The notes: generated by a model from the sequence alone, not told the origin. A stretch of DNA of 64,000 bases from Octopus sinensis (GCF_006345805.1 NC_042999.1:53320001-53384000), one strand, 5' to 3'. Counted from the stretch's first letter, positions 41,130 through 55,117 are shown. Numbers and translations are program-made.

Positions 41130-42560
41130 AATGAGGTGCAACGTCTAATTCGGTGCTATTTAAAATTCCAACGTATAAAAACTAAAAGATAGAACAAAGC
41201 ATTTTCGAAACTCGAGCGATTGTGGAACCTAGCTGCTCGTGACGAAAATATCTCAGAAGAAACAAATTACTTATAGGAAGTAGACTCGATTGAAAGAACA
41301 AGTTCATGGCAATGAACACATGGGTTGTTGCATTAATACGATATGGTGCAGGTATTGTTAGGTGGACAAAGAAAGAGCTTGGGGAAATGGACAGGAAAAT
41401 CAGAACATTGATGACAATTTGCAAGGAACTACACTAAATGAGCGGTATTGACAGGTTGTGTGTGCCTAGGAAGAAGGGAAGAAGAGGCCTCATATGTTGC
41501 AAGATATGTGTTGTCAATGAGAAGAACAGTCTGGGATGGTACATCAAACAGCAGATTGAATTTTTGCTTGCCGCTGTTAGAATTAACAATGCAATCCCTA
41601 CCGAAAATGTGATGCACCCATAAACATTTAGGAAAAAATATAAAGAAGCAAGAATAAACAATTGGAAAATGAAATCATTGCATGGACAATACCTCAAAGA
41701 AATCGAAGGAAAAAACAAGATGAACATTTGGAGATGGCTAAGAAGTGATCTGAAAGGATGCATAGAAGCATTGATATGCAGAGTCTAGGAGCAAGCTCTG
41801 AGAACTGATTACACCAAAATGCAAATAAATAAGAGCAGCGAATCGCCCCTTTCTAGGATATGCGCAGCAGGAGAAACGAAACAATCTCAGATATTGTGAG
41901 TCAGTGTAGCAAGCTGCAGAAAAGCAGTCCAAAAGGAGGAACGATAACGTTGATAAATTTGTTCACCGGAGAATACGTGAAAAGTACGACCTGAACAGAG
42001 CACGGAAATGGCGCAAACAAGAACTAGAAGGACTCACAGAGGAGAATAAATATTAGATACTGTGGGATTTCACAATCCAATGTCACTCTTTAATCGAGGC
42101 TCAGAGACCAGATATTGTTGTGGTTGAGAAAAGGAAAAGGAATCCAAGATTATATATACTGCAATATCAGGGGATGCAGGCATAAGTGATAAAGAACTAG
42201 AAAATACTGAAAAGTACAGTCTACTAAAAGACGAAATTGTAAGAATGTGGACTAAGAGGAGAGTGTCTGTCATTCCAGTAGTTGTAGGGGCACTCGGGGC
42301 ACTAAGAACCAAGTTTGAGAAATACGTCAGAGAAATGGGAATCGACATGAGAGCAGAGCAATTCTCCAAAAGCCTGCTCTGATGGGGATAGCTAGGGTTT
42401 TGAGATTGGTACTTGGATGTTGAATGTCTTCCACGACAATTAACAACCAGGTATCAAAGCTTATAATGTGCGGAAAGAGACCCTGTGAGGCCTCTGATAA
42501 CAAGACCGAGTTCTGTAAGAAGTAAAACAAGAAGAATACCGCCATCCCCACCACTACCAC
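41130..42560 (+). mobile_element. Decayed R4/Dong-like LINE, post-RT region to RLE
   Basis: AMNTWVVALIRYG, IDRLCVPRKKGRRGL, LHGQYL, WRWLRSDLK, ILWDF, RPDIVV, IPVVVGALG. Confidence 0.85.
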
Positions 42561-42599
42561 AAACAAAAGCAACAACGGCTGGAAAGAGTTCTTTTAAAG

Positions 42600-45420
42600 A
42601 AGCTCTCTAATCTCTTGGCTCTCAAAGGCGTAGGTGAAGCCTTCGGAAATTAGAAAAGCGTAGTGAAGGCAGCACGTGAAAGAGAAGAAAAATTCAAATC
42701 TTAAACGAAGTGAAACAAACAAAATTGCTGGCACGTTATCGTCTTCTTGAGAAGAGCCTTGGTAGACAATCCATATAGTGATGGTGTCACAATAAAAAGA
42801 CCAGTTGGTAATAACCCTAAGCCACACCCTCGGTTATCAGTGAATTGCATAATACAAATATATCATAAAACGACGTAAATGGTACTGGAGCCCTTGATGG
42901 TGAAGGTTCTCCGTCAGGTAGATGTCACATCGGTGAACAGGATGGGCCCCGGCTTCATCAGCCAACTGCCTGGATTAAAGGGAAGAGCGATGTAAAAAAA
43001 TTTGCCATAAAATATTTCCATGAGAGTATTCCAAGCTAAAGAGTATAGAGAAAGTGAATGTGAACCAACTGGAACGAAATCAGAGTCTTTGAAACAACTT
43101 ATCAAAACCTTCTAGACCAAAGTCGACAAATTTGAACAAATAGATGGATTTCAGACTTAGGGTTAAGTGAGTTAAAAAGAGAAATAGGCATTGATTAAAG
43201 TTGAAAACAATGGTCGCAATAACACCAGGATACTGAATTTAGACAGAAGAAACATTAGACAATATTGCAAAGCAGCGGAATCCAAGAAGAATTTGTAGAC
43301 CAGATAATAATGAAGTGGGGACCACTAAATTTCAAGAACATAAATAGGAAAAATTGAGAGAAAGTGCAACCAATTCCACAAAGACATAGGATGCATACAA
43401 ACTGCTGACATTACTGAAACGAATAAACTACTGCTGAAAACTGCTGCATGCGTAACTGAGTGCATGTTGGAATTTTAAAAATCAGACAGGAGACCAAAAC
43501 ATAAATCGTGGTGGAGAAAAAGAATAGCTGAGAAGGACTCAGAATTGCGAAAGGATATGAGTATGTTACCATTTGGAGCAACTCTGAAATACTGAACATT
43601 AGAATTAAAGGTCAATTGGGGAGAAAACAAAAAAAAAATACGCAGAGAAGTAACTGAAGTTGTCATAGAAGAAGCATTGCGAAGTGAAGAATGCTGGCAA
43701 GATTTGACGGAAGAAGAAAGCAATTTATAGAGAATAGGTGGAGGCGCAATTGCCCAGTGGTTAGGGCAGCTGACTCACAGTCGTGAGATCGCAGTTTCGA
43801 TTCCCAGACCGGGCGTTGTGAGTGTCTATTAAGTGAAAACACGTAAAGCTCCACGATGCTCCGGTAGTGGGTGTGGCGAATCCTGCTGTACTCTTTCACC
43901 AAAACTTTCTCTCACTCTTTCTTCCTGTTTTTGTTGTACCTGTATTTCGAAGGGCCGACCATGCCGCACACTGTGTCACTCTGAATCTCCCCGAGAATTA
44001 CGTTACGGGTACACGTGTTTGTAGAGTGCTCAGCCATTTACACGTTAACTCCACGAGCAGGCTATTCCGTTCATCAGATAAACTGGAGCCCGCGTCGTCG
44101 TCGGCGTGCCACGATAGAGAATAGGATGTCCGAAACAAATTAGAAAAAATTGTTCGAATGGTTAAAGAAAGAGGTCCAAAAATTGACCTCATAAGGGAGA
44201 GATTTTCCGGTTTTCGGGCAAGATCTAGGATCGACAGGTTATGCATAATGATGAAGCTAACTGGATGAAGAGAAGGTGAGAAATAAAAACAGACAAGAAA
44301 ACACCACAATATCAAAGAAAGCAATGAAGAAAAAGATCAGAAAAATGAAAAATTGAAAAAACTCATCAGACTTCGATGATTTGCAAGGATATTGGAATTA
44401 AAGTATTTATTCGTTGCCACTTGAGATTTGCAAATCAATTTGTCGGACTTCTGAATGGGGGTATCGATTCACTGTGGTTGGCACATTTGTCGTGAAAGAT
44501 GTGTAAAAAAGCTACTGAAGTGAAAATCCATGTTTACCAATCATGAGTAAACTGTTGACAGGAGTCATGACTGACGAACTGCACAAATGTTTGGATTACG
44601 AAAGGTTATAATCAGATGAGCAGGAGGGTTGTTAATGCAGGTCAGGGGGGTGCAAAAAATTAGGTGTTCATAGACGTGATGATACTAGGGAACCGCAGAA
44701 AAACGTTTCATCAATGTAAGAACTTCATGGAAAATTATAAAAAAACGCATATTACATTCTGCCTCACTGCTGGATTGGAAAATATATTGAGTTATTTGGA
44801 GAGGCAGAGAATGTATAAAGATTCGTAAAAAGAAGAGTGGCATCTAGGAAACGGAATTACCAGCCGCAGGAGAGTGTTTGGGTAGAGTGAACATCAGAAT
44901 AGGAGCATTCTAGAGAGATCACTTTTGTTTGTGCCGATATTATTACCTCTGTCGATAATTTTGAGAGAAGTTAAAGCAGAATATGATTTGAGAATTTGAG
45001 TGCGAGATTTAAAGCTTTATGGGAAAAAATTAAGAGAACTTAACACATCGGTGACAACGGGCATGGCATCTAATATTAATAAATGCGTCATTTTGATACT
45101 GAAGACGGGAAGGTAAAACAGAGTCAAGGACTAAAACTGAGCAATTAATCAGGTAGTGACAATTTTAGGAAAAAGGGAAGGATACATGTTTTGTGGAATT
45201 TTGAAATTTAGATGCCATCAAAAAACAGAGAAATGAAGGAATCTATTTCGAAAGAGTACTTCAGAAGGATCAAGCTGAAACATAAAATTTAAGTTACATT
45301 CTGGAAACATTGTAAAAGCAATAAATTCAAGGACTGTATCAGTTGAGAGATACTTGGCGGGATTTGTGAATCGAAATAAAGAGAAACTGCAAGATAACAT
45401 CCATAAAATATTTCTATTGT
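42600..45420 (+). mobile_element. Highly decayed R4/Dong-like LINE, 5' region plus RT, interrupted by a SINE
   Basis: Fragments WWRKRI, CLPIMSKLLTG, EQEGC, YKKTH...LPHCWI, NIRIGAF, DLKLYGK, KAINSRTV in the expected order. Confidence 0.7.
43740..44120 (+). mobile_element. SINE family B head, tail variant 3
   Basis: Same head and body to ~43925, then a different 3' sequence. Confidence 0.8.
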
Positions 45421-45889
45421 AAAGTGGTTGATGGTAAAATTATTCAATAACAATATTATTATTATTATTATTATTATGGTGATGATGATGATGATGATGT
45501 CGACGATGACGACGAAAACATGTCTCGGAAAAAGATATTCATATGGAACATATTTGGACTCGGCACAATATATTCATTAATCTCAACACGGAAACCTTCT
45601 TATTGGTGACACGAAACTAAATGATTGAACCATGATGCGAATCTAAGCTGTTCCTTTCATCCATCTTACTTTAGTATCAATGGAATTGATGAGTGTTTCC
45701 GAAAGCATGTTTTACTTGATGTAACACTAGCAGAAATTAATGAAGGCAGAAGATAATGAATGCAAAATTTGAAACTAATAATCTCGCTGTCGTTTCCATC
45801 ACGCAAACACAAGCCACCATAAAATAAGCTATCCGATACACCTTCTTGTTTATAGTAGACGATTAATAAAGTGTACTACAAGCAAGTGT

Positions 45890-46190
45890 AAGGGCGCATG
45901 GCCAAGGAGTTACAGTGTTGCACTGACGGTCGCGAGATCGTGTGTTCAGTTCCTGGACTGGGTAATGCGTTGGGTTCTTGGGCAAAACACTTCATCTCAC
46001 GTTACTCTGGGATCATTCCGACACATGGTGTGTGGTACACCCTGGCACCTGTTCAGGTAATGTCGATTTGATGGAAGCAGTGATCTAATGCCCAGTGCAT
46101 ACATTTCATCACTCTAGATTATTCATTTGTGCAGGTTTTTCTGCTTCAAATTTCAGAACTTTCTCTCTCGATCTGCGAGAGACTAGCATA
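45890..46190 (+). mobile_element. Diverged tRNA-derived SINE (B-related)
   Basis: GGCGCATGGCC...GGTCGCGAGATCG...TTCTTGGGCAAAACACTTCATCTCACGTT; shares its body with 61802-61960. Confidence 0.6.
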
Positions 46191-47979
46191 GGTGACAACC
46201 AAGAAAATGCTACCTTGGCGTAGAATGCGGGCATGGAATAACGAGAAGTACAATACCTTAGCATTTGTTTGAGAGATCCTTATCAATATTGAGAATATTA
46301 CTTACGATGGATGCTGTAGAAATGTCAATGTTATCAACGCAATAATTGCTTAGCTTAACTCGACAGGTAGACGAGTGGTAAACAAAGGTAAGGTGTGTCT
46401 AAAACGAAACTGATGGCCTTATTGTTTTTCAGACTTATTATTGGATCAGCGGAGAATTACGAGAATCGAGCATTGGACAAATTCTTAACGGTTTTCTTCC
46501 TGTTCATTGAATTCTGGGTTCAAATCCTGCTGAGGTCGATTTTACCTTTTAGTGTTGATTAAGTGTAAATACTAGCCGAACACTGGGGACGATGCCTCTT
46601 CTCCTCAAACTTGCTGACCTTGTGCCAAATTTTTAAAAAAGTATTATTTGAAGAGGTGTACAGTACTCTTCACTAGATAGAAAAGAATAAAGGGATATTA
46701 CAGACAAGACACTGTAACTAGGAATTCGAATATTGTAATACGTCCACGCATATCAGGGAATCATAAAGGAACCCTTCTCCTACAGAAATACTTGAGGCAA
46801 TAGAAATAAGATAAAACACACAGAAAGAGAAGAAATTTGATGGAATAGATTAATCTTTAAAACTAAACGCAATACAAGAAATAATATCTAGAAATAGACT
46901 AGTCACCCTAGTTATGAACAAAAGTCGAATATAATAATTAAGAGGGTCCGTTGAATAAATTAGGCATATGTCTGAATTGACAGCTAGGCCCTAAAAGTAA
47001 TATAAATAGGGAGAGTGTCTATTTGCAGTAATATTTTACTTATCTTTTTTTTATATATTTTTCATAATTTAATATTGTATCATTATCCAATTTAGTTTTC
47101 CTCTCATTCTTTACAATCTTGCATTTTTTCTCTGTTTTGTCTCCTTTCATGTCATTCTTCCCTTTATTTCTCTCTGCCATTTACTTTCTATCTATTTCCC
47201 TCACGACACACTTTTAAAAAGTCTTTCATATTATAAACATATAAACTCACATACACATACATAGACAAATATACCTATATAGACCTATGTTCTTATAAAA
47301 CACACATATATACATATAGAAACATATATGTAGACATGTGTGTATGTGCGTGTAAACTTAAATATGTAATTATGTATGAGACGTGATATTATCATGTGCC
47401 AATCACAGAACATGACATTGATATATAACAATAATCAGGGAAATGCGTGTCTGGACGAAGATCCGAAGGAAACGCCCCCATTGCCAAGAACAAAAATCTC
47501 AGATCTCTGATGGACGTCTCGATATTTTTGCAATGAAATATCGCTCTGCAATCGTTCAAGAATTTACCAAAGTACAAGTATTTTGAATCAGAGACTGAAG
47601 TATAAAATTAAATGAAGGTTGTTAGTTATCGATTCCTGGCTTTAAAGACAGGGTAATTTTTCCGGCTAACCTCTATGTTTAGACAAAATCTGTTTTCCAT
47701 AATATTAGAGGTTTGTGCTCATTTCCGTTCCTTCAATTTCGTATTTGCTATTTTATGTATTTTTGCTGCTAGAATTCAAATTTTATGGCAATTTTGACGA
47801 GGGGAAATTTTATACAACACATTAATGTTAGAGAAATATACCAAGGGAAGTGAATTAGAGCAAACGCAGAAATTACACGAAAAACAAAGAAACCCAAATG
47901 AATATTATATTTGATCATCTCTTCTTTTAATATAGAGCTATAAGCAAAGAACAATGTTTTAGTGTTAACTTCTTTCGTC

Positions 47980-48171
47980 ATTAGACTGCGATCCAGCTGG
48001 GGTACCACCTTGTATGGTTTAGTCAAAACCAATCGATCCTAATATTTTTTTTCCTAGTTTATTCTGTCAGTTGCTTTTTGCCGAGCACTGCAGAGACATA
48101 AACAAACCAACTGCATTTTTCAACCGGTAGTGAAGGACAAGTACACACACACATACACACACACGCACACG

Positions 48172-48225
<54 letters not shown>

Positions 48226-48350
48226 CTACATGCATCTTTTAGCTACCATCTACCAAATCTAAACATAAGCTTTTGGACGGTCTAGAACTATAGTAGAAGG
48301 CATTTCTTCAAGATTCCACGCAGTGGGACTGAACCCGGAATCATGTGTTT
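47980..48350 (-). mobile_element. SINE family A, diverged
   Basis: Retains CCACGCAGTGGGACTGAACCCGG and CTATAGTAGAAG motifs. Confidence 0.7.
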
Positions 48351-48354
48351 ATGA

Positions 48355-49230
48355 AGGGGATATATTTACGTGGAACATTTAAAACGATTTGAAACATCAT
48401 CAGGATGGGCAGTTTTAACTCTCTTCCATTTTTAAATTATTAGTATGGCACCATAATACATCAATAAGCTGATCTGCCAACTTTTGTTCTTGCAGATGGA
48501 AGAAGACGGATGCAGCACCATTTTGAACACACCCTACCAAACACTGTTTTGTCAGAGCGATATAGTTTGCAGAATGCGGTTTAGACGTTTGGAAGTAGCC
48601 TTTGCAATAAAGTTTATTTTTCGTGTGTGGAATTGCCTACACTGGGCACAAACGGTACAGAAGCTTAACAAATGCTCGAGATTGCTTATGGATGAAGTTT
48701 ATCGTTGCCACAGGACGTTCAGGGACAGCAGAGAGGAGGTGAGAGACGTTGAGATGTATAGGAGGGAGAAAGACGTCAGAACATCAGAACTGATTGAGAA
48801 AATTCACAATTTTCTGAACAATAACTGTTATGCGTCCACAAAGACAATAAGCATACATTCATCCGTTGGTGTAACAACTGTGCAGAGAATTATTCAAGAT
48901 GGACTGAACCTGCTCAAAATGTTGCATCCTAGTTACAGACTACTTGGCAAAGATGAGCATAAACACTGTGCCTCACCTTCCCTGCAGTCCAGAGAGCGCT
49001 CCCTATCACCTTGGGTTGTTCTCCAAGCTGAAAGAGAATTTCAAGAACAGTTATTTTGAAGATGAAGGTGCCTGTGAAAAAGGTCATGGACACCTTCAAT
49101 TTAAGGGACTTCCATAGTGTCTTCAAAACATAGCTGGAGCGTTGCAATAAGTACATTAATATCAGAACATCCTAATTTGAAGGAAATTAGAGTTTTGTAC
49201 TTTTCCAAAAAATATATAAAATTTCTGGAA
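48355..49230 (+). mobile_element. Internally deleted, decayed mariner transposon
   Basis: HTH region (FAIKF...VYRCHRTFRDSREEVRD) joined to the C-terminal TVPHLPCSPESAP...LFSKLKE and LERCNKYI. Confidence 0.75.
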
Positions 49231-50019
49231 TGTATATTGTATTAAAATTCTTACTCTAGTATCTGTTTTTTTCCTAAATATAGTGAATTCACAGAACTAA
49301 AGAGAAAAAAACCCCCAAAACTATGACAGCATTTAGAACACATTAGCAACTTTCCGATATAGAAAGAATATATTTACTATAAATATGTAGGTTGTGCCGT
49401 TGCATTAACTGATGGTTAGGAGAAAATATAGCCAAGGGGATTAAAAAATATGTCAAGTATAAACAATAGGATATTAATACAAAACACGCAGAAAAATCTC
49501 TTTTATGTTGCCAAGGAAACCAACAAATACCAATGAGTAGCTGAATGAACAAACATTTCTCTGCTTTTTTTCTTTCTGATGTTTTTTTGCCTTTTTGGAA
49601 GGAGGTTGAGATTGGAAAATTAAATATAAACGTAATATGAAAAATAAAATTAAACTGAAAATGCAATTACAAAAGATTGCGTTAAATTGTGGAAAAAAAA
49701 TTAAAATTTCACGACTAATATCTGCCAAAGAGAATTGGATAAACAAAATGTGATAAGAAAGAAGGTGAGTATCACGAAGCAACATTGAAATCTGAAGACT
49801 TTTTATGAAAAGCCTTCCACCAGAAAGTACCAAATAGGTATACTGGGACAGATTATAACTATCAAATGCAGAGTATGTGTGCGATGTGAGGCGTCAGTCA
49901 TAAATACACGTACATACAGACATGCTTCCTTTGGAATAAAACCAATGTTGTCTTCGAAATATATGTCGAAAGTAAAATAATTTTAATAACATCTGCGTTC
50001 AACTCTATTTATTTATTTA

Positions 50020-50067
<48 letters not shown>

Positions 50068-50778
50068 TCGTCGTCATCTTACGACCACGAATAGTTCCGA
50101 CTGACTGTTCGTAAATCGTAAGTCGGCCTACATTTTTACATTCTTAAGTCACATTCTCAGATAAAAGTCACATACAGCACTCTGTATTATGGCGTTAGTC
50201 AAATACATCGGAGTCTCAAGTAGTCGTCATATAAACAAATACGAGGTTGCTTCGATGTCTCCGCGACAAGATAATCATCCAAAACAGTGGCGACTGATAA
50301 CCAGACCTAGGGAACGCATTTGTTAGGTGACATCATCCGTAGACGGGTGAATTTCTAAGAAATTAAGCCCATTAGATTTCAACTTGACTATTTATTATTA
50401 CGGCTGGGAGCTGGTGTATCAATAGTCGCTTTAAACTAAACACTACATTTAAACACATGGATCCTAATCCTCCAAAGAAGTTTTTCCAAGGACTATTATT
50501 GAAATCTCAAAGCATAAAGACTCTACAATGTATTGGTATATTTATTTATTAATTTTTGTATATATGTATTATTATTTTTTTTGAAAAAATCATTGCAAAT
50601 TTCTTTTTTCCCCTTCCTCAATTTAAAAAAAATTTCTTTTCCCCTTCCAAATTTTGAAAATTTGCCTTACAATAAAAACTGGTTTGATTTATTATTTTTT
50701 TCCTCTTTAATTTTCCATACACCCATTTTTATTAAAATTTACTTTCAATTTAGTATTCTGCCTTATAATTTTTCTTCT

Positions 50779-50813
<35 letters not shown>

Positions 50814-52639
50814 CAATCCATCTAAGTCCTAGAAGTGATTACAATATTATGGCCCGTGAACAGAAAAGTGTTGTTGCGAAGCATACAGCAGACAAACCTC
50901 TCAGTGGGTGACGAAGTAAAGCTACTTTTGAATCTGCCAGTTTATGTAGACATGGATATTGTGGAGACTTTTCTAGGTAGCTTATTTTAAGACCATCCTG
51001 AAAATTGTGATATTTTTATCAAAAGATCTATTCTAATAGGAAACAATATAGTTCTAAAACAAAATGGGAAAGAAAACAACACCTGATCTAAAGAGATTAC
51101 GTAAATGCACGATTATAACCACAAACAATCACTGCAGTGCTAAATACTTTAGAAACTAAATAAAAGAGACGATAACCTCAACTCGAACCTCAATACATTC
51201 ACTGTAAGAATCACTAGGATATGCAGTTCTTTGTTTCCAATAGAAAAGGGAAGAAACAAAACGACGCTCATGGAGCTGCGTGCAGATTTCTATAGAAATC
51301 CAGCAATATATTAAAACAATATATTAAATCGATACATCAAAACAAGGTAAGTAATGATGGAAGAGTTTAGCAGCTCCAAAAATAACAAAGAAAAGTACTG
51401 GGTATGTAAGACTGAAAAGATTGGGAAGACAAAACGCGCGATATTAGTTAAAGCTAAAATGAATATCTCGGAAAAGTGTCTGCTAATAAGAAAGCTTTTA
51501 TTTTGTTTTTGTTTTTGAAATATCTCACGGAGAATTTAGAAACCTGTAATTATATGGAACAAAATATATTATTGAAATGAGCAATTGCTAATTTATCAAG
51601 AATGTTGTGTTCCATTTTGACAGATTTGATTTGAATTGTATTGCGTGTTGTGTATTGAATTCATATTATCTTCTGTGTCTCACCGATTCGCTTAACATAG
51701 AAGAACTATGAACTACAAAAATTAGAATTATTTCAAAATGTTCCACTGTTGAACACATGGATATTGAGAGTTAAAAAAGAAACATTCCAAGAATATATGA
51801 TACCAAGGATTTTTATGGCAACACTATTCCCAAAGTGTTTGTAAATAAAAGGTAAAGTCATTAATAATTCTGTATGAAGGCTTATTCCGATTAAACCAGG
51901 ATGTCTTTCCTGATATACAACTAAATGCGATTTGTAAGAGACAGATGAATGAACATCAGAGACGAGTTGAATCATTAGAGTTTACCAGATCTCTGATCAC
52001 TGCTTCAAGTTGCCTCAAGTAAGATCAGGGAAATCGACTTAAAAGACTTCTGGCATGGAAGGAATACCACCATTCACAAACGAGTAAATAGAAATTACCC
52101 AAAAATGTAGGAATGAATATTTTAAAAGACAGCCCCAAAGACTTAGCGTTTCATGAGAATGTTAAGTATTTCTTGTGGCGTTTTCGCTTCAATCAAAATA
52201 AGAGAAGGAAAGTAATACAACACAGAAATTCACCTTAGAAATGAACACGTGGGAAGCAGAGACGCAGAACTGGTTACACGTGACCTTATAATCGAATAGA
52301 GATGAAGTTGCAGTAAACATCGAACAGACAATGCAAAACCCTACATGGTACGTAATAATAATAATTAGGAAATATAATTTGTGTCAACACGGATGAAGGA
52401 ATATAGCAAGTTAGAAAATATAATGGAAGAAACAAAGGAATAAGTAAATAATTTTACGATCAATCAAAGGCTACAAAATATCGTCAAAGAGAAAGAGAAA
52501 TAGAGTACTCAGAAATAATTAGAAAGCAAATAACGGCGATATATAATGACATTAAACAAAATAATATCAACCCCAGAATTATGTTGCATCAATCAAAGTG
52601 GATGGAAAAAATTCAATAATTCCGTTATTTATTTGGCTT

Positions 52640-53000
52640 ATTTTAATCATTTGAATGTGGCCATGCCTGAGTACCATCCTGAACGGTTTAGTCGGAAAAA
52701 TCGACCTCGAGACTTATTTTTAAACTTAGTACTTATTCTATCGGTTCTTTCGCCGAACCGCTATGTTACGGGGACGTAATCACAACAACACCGGTTGACT
52801 AGTGGTGATGGGGAGACTAGCACAGACACAAAGACACACACATGGATGACGGAATTGTTTCAGTTTACGTCTATCAAATCCACACACAAGGCTTTGGTCA
52901 TCCTGAGGCTATAGTAGAAAAAATTTGCTCAAGGTACCACGCAGTGGGACAGAAGCCGGGATCATGTGGTTGGAAAGCAAACATTTTACCACACAGCCAC
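52640..53000 (-). mobile_element. SINE family A, diverged
   Basis: Same motifs as the other family A copies. Confidence 0.8.
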
Positions 53001-53185
53001 CCTTCGTCTATGAGGAGAAGAAAAGGAAGAACACCAGATAAATGGAAACAAATCTTCGTTTGAAGGAAAAAATAATAAACATCGTAAGAGAAAGCTTATA
53101 AGAAGCGTGTGCACGAAAATATATAACACAAATAAACCATCTCAAAAGAATATTCAGTTTTACTGGAAAAAGAACTGAAAAGATT

Positions 53186-53560
53186 TGGCTGTGTGGTACG
53201 AAGTTTGCTTCCCAACCACATGCTTCTGGGTTCAGTCTCTCTGTGCGGCACCTTGGGCAAGTGCTATTTACTATAGCCTTGGAACAACCAAACTCTTGTG
53301 AGTGGATTTGGTAGGCGGAAACAGAAAAAGGCCCGCTGTATATATGTGTGTGTCTTTGTTTGTATTTGCCCCCCTACGACCACTTGATAGCCAGTGTTGG
53401 TATGTTTACGCTATTGTAACTAAGTGGTTCGGCAAGAGACCGATAGAAAAAGTACCAGATTTAAAAAGAAAAATAGGTACTGGGGTGAATTAGTTAGGCT
53501 AAAAATTGCTTAAGGCGGTGCTCCAGCATGGCCGCTGTTTTATGATTGAAATAAGTGAAG
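53186..53560 (+). mobile_element. SINE family A, plus-strand copy
   Basis: TGGCTGTGTGGTA...GGGTTCAGTC...GGCGGTGCTCCAGCATGGCCGC. Confidence 0.82.
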
Positions 53561-54866
53561 CGCATCACATGAGCCATGGATGCTTGAAATATAAGCTTTA
53601 TGAAATATATGTATCTCAAAATTGAAACGATAAAGAGTAACGTACTGCAAGGAGGATTCGGTCCCACATTCTGACAGGATTCTTAGAAAAATGTTAATAT
53701 TCCAAGGATGCACTTTGTATTGTCTCGATGCTCCACTATCGAGGTTAGCGACATTACAGGTCACGAATTCGTGGTCTTTGTAACCAACTATCTACAACTT
53801 AGAACAAATTACGCTAATCTTGTCAGTAACCTCTCTGTAACTGCGTTTGTGAAAGCACTTGATTCTCATTTCTGCTTCATTGTGTACAAGAAGCTTCAAG
53901 GTTAATTTGCCCGCGTATGTATATAGATTTGACTACTGTTTAAATAACATACTTCTTTTGGCGGATGGTAACACTCCTACTGTACAGTTCCTCTCCCTGC
54001 GACAGCGACTACAAAACCAACACATTTCAACCATTTTCCCTATTAGTCTGTACGTTGCTATTATGTTAAACTGCCGTGTGTCCAATTTTGGCCGAATGCG
54101 TTTTTTCAACATTTAGTTTTTGCTTGCAATAGCCGATTCTTTTGGTGAAACTATCGTATCTCCTGCTGCTTCAGATGCCAAAATATCAAAAATTGTCAAA
54201 GTGTAGTAAATGATTTTGCTATGGAAGGGCGATACTATATTTTCGTTTTCTGACAAAGAAATGTTTTGGACTTAATACATTGTTGCATAATAGCAACGAA
54301 TTGATACAGTTACAAAGAATAATCCATTTTAGATATTACTACCTCATTGTCATTGATATAGAGTACACATTCTCATTGTGGTACTTTAAAAACTTTAAAA
54401 CTGCTTTTATTTTCCCAAGTCAATGAGATGCCCATTATTTCGTTGTGTGGGTATCAGATAAAAATCTTTCTGTGCACTCTCTTTTCTTCTCTTGATTGCC
54501 GCTACTTCCATTGCCGCGGCCGCTGCTGTAACAGGGAGCATAAATCTTCCCATCGGCATGGTATTCTAACATTGTCAATAACGTAGTGGTTTTTGCTGCA
54601 TTCACTGTGATGTGAACCCATCTGTTTGCTAAAACCGCAACATTTTCACTATGACAATATTTTACTACACAAACACATACGCACGCAAACATGTATTTAA
54701 AACTTCTTTCGCTGTATTGTGTATTCATCACTTTTTGCGGTTTTTTTAATTATTTATTATTGATCTACTTTAAAAATGAAACTGTATCCTTTAATTTGCT
54801 GCTGTTCTATACACAACCGATAAGATAGCTTGCGGAACAGTCGTTATTTTAAGGAGATACATCTTG

Positions 54867-54976
54867 TAATCACCTGATGTGACCCATCTACATCAACAAA
54901 TACACCCAAACCAGTTGTAAAGTACACCACCCGTGAGGAATTAATGCTAGATGGCTCGAAACAATTGTATTGATTA
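54867..54976 (+). ncRNA. Degenerate minimal hammerhead ribozyme (core A9->U)
   Basis: TAATCA-C-CTGATGT-GACCCATCTA...TAGATGGCTC-GAAA-CAATTG-TA-T-TGATTA: stem II 9/10 paired, palindrome ACAATTGT, GUA triplet, 6-bp stem I. Confidence 0.65.
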
Positions 54977-55117
54977 ATAAGCATTCTCGTATCTTCCATC
55001 TCCCATCTCTCTCATTAATCAAATACCAAACGAACACTGTAGTGAACGAGCTTTACCGGTAAGCTACCAGATGTATATCAGACGATTTATAGTCAAATAA
55101 TACATATATATATACAC

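Noticed and set aside
50063-50520. Possible Tigger/Tc1-like remnant
   Set aside because: Only a weak TIR-like start and an LSPLDF-like peptide; no matching second TIR found.
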